Shown: positions 55,831 through 64,000 of the stretch, in pieces
Numbering within the stretch: the first letter of the stretch is position 1
Layout of the letters: each line of letters starts with the position of its first letter
Source: an uncultured Planctomycetota bacterium
Lineage (GTDB): Bacteria; Planctomycetota; Planctomycetia; Isosphaerales; Isosphaeraceae
DNA length: 64,000 bases
NCBI GenBank assembly: GCA_963737655.1
Contig: CAVTTN010000002.1
Span: forward strand, 2,816,001-2,880,000
Direction: 5' to 3'
Made by a program: the position numbers and the translations under genes
Notes under the pieces: generated by a model
What the model was told of the DNA's origin: nothing
The model's database searches: none
The model's input: the letters and a program-made list of their open reading frames with translations, nothing else

Positions 55831-56913
55831 TCAAGGCGCGGTGCCCGTCGCGAGCAGGTAGACCGCGAACGAGGCCAGCCAGTGCTCCCCGGCGTAGTCT
55901 CCGCTGGCGACGTGCTCCAGGCCCGCCTGGGCGTGCTTCTCGGCCGATTTCGTCAGGGAGGCTCGCGCGGGGTGATCGGCGGGAAGGGCATTGGCGATCC
56001 CCTTCATGGCCCAGGCCCGGCTGAGGTTCAGGCCGTCGAGGTGGACGAGCTGGGGGTCGGACCGGTCGGTCACGATGGCGGGTTCGAAGAGCGATTTCGG
56101 CTCGGATTTCGAGGCCCCGGGGAGGAACCTCTCGAACCAGGCCCGGAATTCGTTCTCGGGGAGGACCCGACGCATCAGGTCCGCCTCCATCAGCGACGGC
56201 GAGAAGAAGTCCGAGCCCGAGGGCTCCCATTTCGCCGGCGCGTCGGTGTCTTCGAGGAAGTACGACCGCGCCCGGGACTCGACCAGGGCCCGGAGCGGGG
56301 CGTTGCCGACTTTCTTCGCGTACTCGTGGGCAAGGAGCAGGCCGAAGGCCGTGTTGGGGTGAACACCCGTTCGGATCGGATAGGTCTGCTTGGGGAAGAA
56401 TTCGAGATATCGGGCCACGAGGATGTCTTCGACGGGCCGGAGGTGCTCTCGCCAAGAGCGGGCATCGGGGTCGTCCCAGCCGTCGAGCTCCTCGGCGAGC
56501 TTCAGGAACCAGGCCCAGCCGTAGGGACGCTCGAACGGCTTGCTTTCCTTCCGGGAGAAGTACTCGGCCTCGGCCTTGAGGTTGGCGGTCGAGAGGTGAT
56601 CGTTCAGGACCGCGCGGATCTCTTTCGCCTCGGGGAGATCGGGGAAGGTCTTCAGGATGCGGACGAGCATCCAGTGGCCGTGGACCGAGGAATGCCAGTC
56701 GTAGGAGCCGAAGAACGAGGGGTGAAGCGCCTTCGGGGCCTTCACGTCGCCGGGTCCGTTCATCACGTGGTCGAGCTTGTTGGGATATTCCTGGCTCAGG
56801 CCCTTCAGGGCGAGCCGGGCGAAGCCGGAGGCTCGCTCGGGGGTCAGGTCAGCCGATGTTGGTGGTGTCAAAAACAGGACGACAAGAAAGGCCGGAAGGA
56901 TCGTTCGACTCAC
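55831..56913 (-). CDS. DUF2891-family protein
   Basis: QEYPNK, HPSFFGSYDWHSSVHGHW, FERPYGWAW, HLDGLNLSRAW, YAGEHWLASFA. Confidence 0.9.
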   Translation of the reverse strand: MSRTILPAFLVVLFLTPPTSADLTPERASGFARLALKGLSQEYPNKLDHVMNGPGDVKAPKALHPSFFGSYDWHSSVHGHWMLVRILKTFPDLPEAKEIRAVLNDHLSTANLKAEAEYFSRKESKPFERPYGWAWFLKLAEELDGWDDPDARSWREHLRPVEDILVARYLEFFPKQTYPIRTGVHPNTAFGLLLAHEYAKKVGNAPLRALVESRARSYFLEDTDAPAKWEPSGSDFFSPSLMEADLMRRVLPENEFRAWFERFLPGASKSEPKSLFEPAIVTDRSDPQLVHLDGLNLSRAWAMKGIANALPADHPARASLTKSAEKHAQAGLEHVASGDYAGEHWLASFAVYLLATGTAP

Positions 56914-57072
56914 GAGTGACGCTCCAGGGAGGGGCCGTGTTGGGCCTCCAGGGTAGCATGACGAGGCCGTCCCCGGCAGGGCCCCGATGGCGAACGTCCG
57001 CCCGTCCTCCGGCCCGCCCGATCGGCCTTCGGTGAGAAAAGTAAACAGGCCGCGGAGACCCGTCCGAAGCGC

Positions 57073-57101
57073 TTGACGGCTTCACTGGCGTTGTTTAAGG
57101 T
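57073..57101 (+). promoter_or_regulatory. Putative sigma70 promoter for the MBOAT operon
   Basis: TTGACG-N17-TAAGGT. Confidence 0.55.
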
Positions 57102-57172
57102 CTTCATGAAGCGTGCCACGGTGCTGAGGCACTTTCATAGATAGACCTTCGTGGCTCTATCGGTCGTCCTGT

Positions 57173-58354
57173 ATGATCTATAATGAAATAGCGTTCTACG
57201 TACTATTCCTGCTCCCGTGCGTCGTGCTGTTTCATGCCACGGGGCCGCGGGTCCGGCCCTGGGTCATCACGTCGTTCGGGGTGGGGTTTTTTGTCTATTA
57301 CGGTTATTACGCATTCGGCGGGGTGTGGGGCGCCGCGTGTGTTCTGATCTTCGTCTGGGAGTTGCTGGTTTCTCGGCTGTATCGCAAGGGATCGCGATGG
57401 TGCCTGGTCGGCGTGGTCCAGGCGGTGCTCATCCTGTCGGTCTTCAAATACGGGACGTTCCTGGGCGGGCTTTGGACCGACGTGACGGGCCTGGCGATGC
57501 TGGCGAACCTGGGACCGGTCCCTCGTTTGATCCTCCCGCTGGGGATCAGCTTCTTCACGTTCGAGTTCATCCACTTCGCCGTGGACCGGTATCGGGGTGA
57601 CATCGAGGAGGCGACCCTGGCCGAGTATTCGGCGTTCATCTTCTTCTTCCCGACGATGGTGGCCGGCCCGATCAAGAGGTATCAGGAGTTCGTCCCCAAG
57701 CTGGCCTCCGCCCGGCTCGACCCGGACCTGGTCTCCCGGGGGATCACGCGAATCCTCGTGGGGCTGGCGAAGAAATCCGTCCTGGCAGACACCTTCACGC
57801 TCTGGTCGGACAAGCTCAACACCTCGGCTCTGGTCACCGCCAGCCCCCCGACGGTCCTGGGCTGGATCCTGGCCTACGGGATGAAGATCTACTTCGACTT
57901 CTCGGGCTACTCGGACATCGCGATCGGCTGTGGCTACCTCTTCGGCATCCCCGTGCCGGAGAACTTCCGCTGGCCGTACGCGAGCCGGAACATCGCCGAG
58001 TTCTGGAGGCGCTGGCACATCTCGCTCGGCCGATGGATTTTTGATTACGTCTACAAGCCCCTGGGCGGCTCCAGGCGAGGCGAGGGCCGCACGGCGTTCA
58101 ACCTCCTGGTGGCGTTCGGGGTCTCGGGCCTGTGGCACGGGGCGGCGTACAACTTCATCGCCTGGGGCCTCTGGCACGGGATCTTGATGGTGATCTACCG
58201 GACGTGGTCGCGCCTCGCCGACCGGTTGGGCTGGAGGCTGCCGGCGGCCCTCGGGCTGACCCTCACGTTCGTGACGGTGAACCTGGGCTGGGGACTATTC
58301 GCGATGGACATGCCGCGAGTGCTGATCGCGGCCCGGAGGATCCTGGGACGATGA
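57173..58354 (+). CDS. MBOAT O-acyltransferase (DltB/AlgI-like)
   Basis: LPLGISFFTF, AGPI, IYFDFSGYSDIA, EFWRRWHISL, GLWHG. Confidence 0.95.
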   Translation: MIYNEIAFYVLFLLPCVVLFHATGPRVRPWVITSFGVGFFVYYGYYAFGGVWGAACVLIFVWELLVSRLYRKGSRWCLVGVVQAVLILSVFKYGTFLGGLWTDVTGLAMLANLGPVPRLILPLGISFFTFEFIHFAVDRYRGDIEEATLAEYSAFIFFFPTMVAGPIKRYQEFVPKLASARLDPDLVSRGITRILVGLAKKSVLADTFTLWSDKLNTSALVTASPPTVLGWILAYGMKIYFDFSGYSDIAIGCGYLFGIPVPENFRWPYASRNIAEFWRRWHISLGRWIFDYVYKPLGGSRRGEGRTAFNLLVAFGVSGLWHGAAYNFIAWGLWHGILMVIYRTWSRLADRLGWRLPAALGLTLTFVTVNLGWGLFAMDMPRVLIAARRILGR

Positions 58355-58536
58355 CCTCTCTCATCACGCGGATCGGGACGACCCTGGAAGTCCTCTCGGG
58401 GTCGCGTCCGTGGACCGATCGTATGGCCTCGAGCCTCGCGGTCCGGGCATTCTGGGGGTGGTGGTGGGCGACGTTGCTCGTCCTGGTCCTCCTGTTCAGC
58501 CGAGGCAATTCGAAATTCGTGTACATCGACTTTTAA
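58351..58536 (+). CDS. 61-aa single-TM DltX-like peptide
   Basis: ATGA overlap with the MBOAT stop; TM helix WWWATLLVLVLLFS; C-terminus FVYIDF*. Confidence 0.8.
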   Translation: MTSLITRIGTTLEVLSGSRPWTDRMASSLAVRAFWGWWWATLLVLVLLFSRGNSKFVYIDF

Positions 58537-58547
58537 GAGAATGCGTC

Positions 58548-59597
58548 ATGAAGCCCGTCGTCCTGCAGATCCTCATCGCCGCCCTGACCCTCGCGGGATA
58601 TGACCGCGCGCTGGCCTGGCACGCCTCGCGGACGAACCTCCACCTCCGCAAGATCGTGGAGGCCGGATCGCGAGCCGAAGATGCCCTGGTGTTCGTGGGG
58701 GATTCGCGGGCCCAGGCCGCCCTGGACCTCCCGGAGCTGCGGAGGGCCCTGCGGGCCCAGGGCGCCCCGGACGACGTGGTGAACCTCTCGCTCAACTCCA
58801 CCCGGATCGCCTGGCATTCGCTGATCGCCCGCGAGCAGGCCCGCCGATGGCCCAGGACGCGGGGCGTGGTCCTGTGCTTCGGCATCAATCGGATGCTCGA
58901 GGACCATCCCGATCCCGACCCCGGCCAGTGGACGGGGTTCGACAGCGTCCTGGTCGACGTGATCGGCCCCGGGGAGCTGGACGAGTTCATGCCAGGAGGC
59001 CTGATCCGCCACCCGATCTGGTCGCTCAAATATGGCCTCGGCCGCTGCCTGGCGATGGTTCGCTATCGATCGAACCTCGCCCAGGGCGTGAGCAACCGCC
59101 TGAACGCCCTGGCCAACCCGCCGAGGGCCCGCACGAACGCCGAGCGGTTCGGCTACCTCGAGGACATGATCGAGTTGCAGAGGCAGAGCCGGGCCGAGTC
59201 CCAGGCCCTCCTCGTGCAGCGACGGACGGGCGACGGATGGAGGCTCAACCCCTGGTTCGACGAGCTTCGTCGCGAGCTGAAAGCCCGGGAAATCCCCCTC
59301 TATCTGGTCGAGCTCCCGGTCATCCAGGAGGACCGGAACCAGGTCACCCAGAGGCCGGAATGCCGGGAGTTCCGGGCCTGGCTGACCCGCCTCGTCGAGG
59401 CCGACGGGGGCCGATACATCGACCTCGGCCAGCTCCCGGGGGTGACCGACGACCACTTCCCCGACGAGGTCCACATGGACGAATCCGCCGCCCGGATCGT
59501 CTCCCAGGCGATCGGCGAGGCGCTCGCCAGGATCCTCAAGGCACCTCGCGATCCGGGGTCCGGGGCCGACTCGAAACGCCCCGGGACCCCGGACTAG
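58548..59597 (+). CDS. Membrane-anchored SGNH-like protein (DltD/AlgJ-like)
   Basis: N-terminal hydrophobic segment; VGDSRA block I; C-terminal DEVH (DxxH). Confidence 0.8.
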   Translation: MKPVVLQILIAALTLAGYDRALAWHASRTNLHLRKIVEAGSRAEDALVFVGDSRAQAALDLPELRRALRAQGAPDDVVNLSLNSTRIAWHSLIAREQARRWPRTRGVVLCFGINRMLEDHPDPDPGQWTGFDSVLVDVIGPGELDEFMPGGLIRHPIWSLKYGLGRCLAMVRYRSNLAQGVSNRLNALANPPRARTNAERFGYLEDMIELQRQSRAESQALLVQRRTGDGWRLNPWFDELRRELKAREIPLYLVELPVIQEDRNQVTQRPECREFRAWLTRLVEADGGRYIDLGQLPGVTDDHFPDEVHMDESAARIVSQAIGEALARILKAPRDPGSGADSKRPGTPD

Positions 59598-59603
59598 CCC
59601 GCC

Positions 59604-61794
<2,191 letters not shown>

Positions 61795-62112
61795 CGAGGG
61801 GAATCGGTGCGAACCGCTCCGTCCGGGGTTGCGAATCGGGTTTCGCGGCCTCATTCTCGTCCAGTGTATACCGGCGAGAATCGTCCAGCCTTTCTTTATC
61901 ATACTTTCCCGAGGTTGTCAGGTTCCCTGGGGGGATCGGGCCGGGTCCTCTCCTTCTCGTCCCGCCCCGAGTCGGGGGACGGGCGATCGAACCCGGCAGG
62001 CTCCCTCGGCTCGCGATTTGCGAGCACTGCAAGATCCGGGCCGACCGACCGCGGGCGAACGATCGCGCCCCGGGTCGCCGCCGAGTCGATTCCAGGGGGG
62101 GCTTCGCTCGCC

Positions 62113-63765
62113 ATGGCCGAAGATGGTCTCTGGTTCAAGGATGCCGTGTTCTACGAGCTCCACGTCCGCTCGTTCCAGGACGGCAACGGCGACGGCATCG
62201 GCGACTTCCGCGGGCTGACCAGCCGCCTGGATTACCTCCGAGACCTGGGCGTCGATTGCATCTGGCTCCTGCCCTTCTTCGAGTCGCCCCTGCGCGATGA
62301 CGGGTACGACATCGCCGACTACCGGAAGATCCACCCCAATTACGGGACCATGGACGACTTCCAGGAGTTCCTCGACGCCGCCCACGCCCGGGGGCTCCGC
62401 GTGATCGCGGACCTCGTCGATGAATCACACCAGCGACCAGCACCCCTGGTTCAAGCGGGCCGTCGAGTCGCCCCCGGGGTCGATCGAGCGCGACTATTAC
62501 GTCTGGAGCGACACCGACCAGAGGTACAAGGACGCCCGGATCATCTTCCTCGACACCGAGAGGTCCAACTGGTCCTGGCACCCCGTCGCCCAGGCGTATT
62601 ACTGGCACCGCTTCTACTCCCAGCAGCCGGACCTGAACTACGACAATCCCCAGGTCCGCGAGGCGATGCTCGACAACTTCCGCTTCTGGCTGGACAAGGG
62701 CCTGGACGGCTTCCGCTGCGACGCCGTCCCCTACCTCTTCGAACGCGAGGGCACCAACTGCGAGAACCTGCCGGAGACCCACCTCTATCTCAAGGAACTC
62801 CGCGCCGTGATCGATCGCGAGTACTCCGGCCGGGTCCTCCTGGCCGAGGCCAACCAGTGGCCCAGCGACGTGAGGGCCTACTTCGGCGACGGCGACGAGT
62901 TCCACATGGCGTTCCACTTCCCCTTGATGCCCCGCTTGTTCATGGCCTTGCGCAAGGAAGACCGCTCGCCGATCGTCGAGATCCTCGCCCGGACCCCCGC
63001 CATCCCCGACTCCTGCCAGTGGGGCATCTTCCTCCGCAATCACGACGAATTGACGTTGGAGATGGTCACCGACGAAGAACGCGACTACATGTATCACGAA
63101 TACGCCAAAGACCGGAAGATGCGCATCAACCTCGGCATCCGTCGGCGGCTCGCGCCCCTGATGGACAACCGCAGGAGGCGGATCGAGCTGATGAACGGCC
63201 TGCTGATGAGCCTGCCCGGCAGCCCGATCCTGTATTACGGCGACGAGATCGGCATGGGCGATAACATCTACCTGGGCGATCGCGACGGCGTCCGGACCCC
63301 CATGCAGTGGAGCATCGACCGCAACGGCGGGTTCTCCCGGTGCGACCCGGCCGCGCTCACGTCCCCCGCGATCCAGGACCCGATCTACGGCTACCTCGCC
63401 GTGAACGTCGAGAGCCAGGAGAGGCAGAATTCCTCGCTCCTGAACTGGATGAAATCGCTGATCGCCACCCGGAAGAAATACCCCGCCTGGGCCGAGGGAC
63501 GACCGAGTTCGTCGCGAGCGAGAACCGTTCCGTCCTGGCGTTCGTCAGGAAGACCGAGAGCCAGACGGTCCTCTGCGTGAACAACCTCTCGCAGCACGCC
63601 CAGCCCGTGGCGCTGGACCTCTCGGCCTACCTCGGCTGCGTGCCCGTCGAGATGGGCGGCGACCAGAAGTTCCCTCCGATCGGCCGGGCCCCCTATTTCC
63701 TCAGCCTCGGCGGCTACGACTTCTTCTGGTTCCAGCTCGAGGGCGCGCCGGAAGTCGTCGTGTAG
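62113..63765 (+). CDS. treS: Trehalose synthase (maltose alpha-D-glucosyltransferase); frameshifts ~62420 and ~63490
   Basis: [55 protein letters not shown]. Confidence 0.94.
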
Positions 63766-63904
63766 GGTGCATGAACTACGCCAGCTTCCACCTCGCGGGC
63801 GATCGAGCAACACCGCTCGCCGGGCCGTTTCGAGACCGATCCAGGTCGTGGGAAATCCCGGGGCCGTCGTCGGTTGAATCCTCGGTGCATTTCATCCACC
63901 CTAC
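63762..63904. repeat. REP doublet family A, second copy
   Basis: GTAGGGTGCATGAAC ... GGTGCATTTCATCCACCCTAC; same family as 11124-11264. Confidence 0.8.
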
Positions 63905-63941
63905 GCCGAGAATGCCTCCTTTCCCCCAGGAGTCGCCGAAG

Positions 63942-64000
63942 TGTCCGATCCGTCCTCGATGGAAGCCCTCTTCGACGCCGAAGCCCGCTCGCTGGCCGAG
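63942..64000 (+). CDS. Start of next gene (truncated; a maltokinase would be expected from synteny)
   Basis: AGGAG RBS then GTG TCC GAT CCG...; identity inferred only from treS adjacency. Confidence 0.35.

Overview
GC-rich chromosomal segment from a planctomycete, most likely Isosphaeraceae. This is inferred from a DUF1559 prepilin-like gene, DUF1549/1553 + DUF1501 + PPC-domain genes, and proteins with 'CEAVE.R.LL' signal motifs. Most of the window is housekeeping or family-typical: PP2C and Ser/Thr kinase, rpmB/rpmF, proC, guaA, dxr-rseP, a hemD-hemE fusion, hemY, bluB, acs, ADP-heptose genes (hldD/hldE with GT9 and GT4), glgX and treS, plus two type II toxin-antitoxin loci. About 15 genes, including guaA, carry single-base frameshifts, several in G/C homopolymers; these look like long-read assembly errors rather than pseudogenes. 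The most interesting items are: (1) a three-gene envelope-acylation cassette of MBOAT, a free 61-aa DltX-like peptide ending FVYIDF, and an SGNH/DltD-like protein; (2) four GTAG-type REP doublets (REPIN-like) from three sequence families, two of which supply gene stop codons and one of which is nested in a second symmetric inverted repeat; (3) a small stand-alone EF-Tu domain-III-like protein; (4) an orphan metzincin with a possible toxin-type membrane-localisation N-terminus; (5) a secreted protein with thioester-domain-like motifs. No rRNA, tRNA, CRISPR array or transposase was recognised. All calls are by eye from motifs; no database searches were run.
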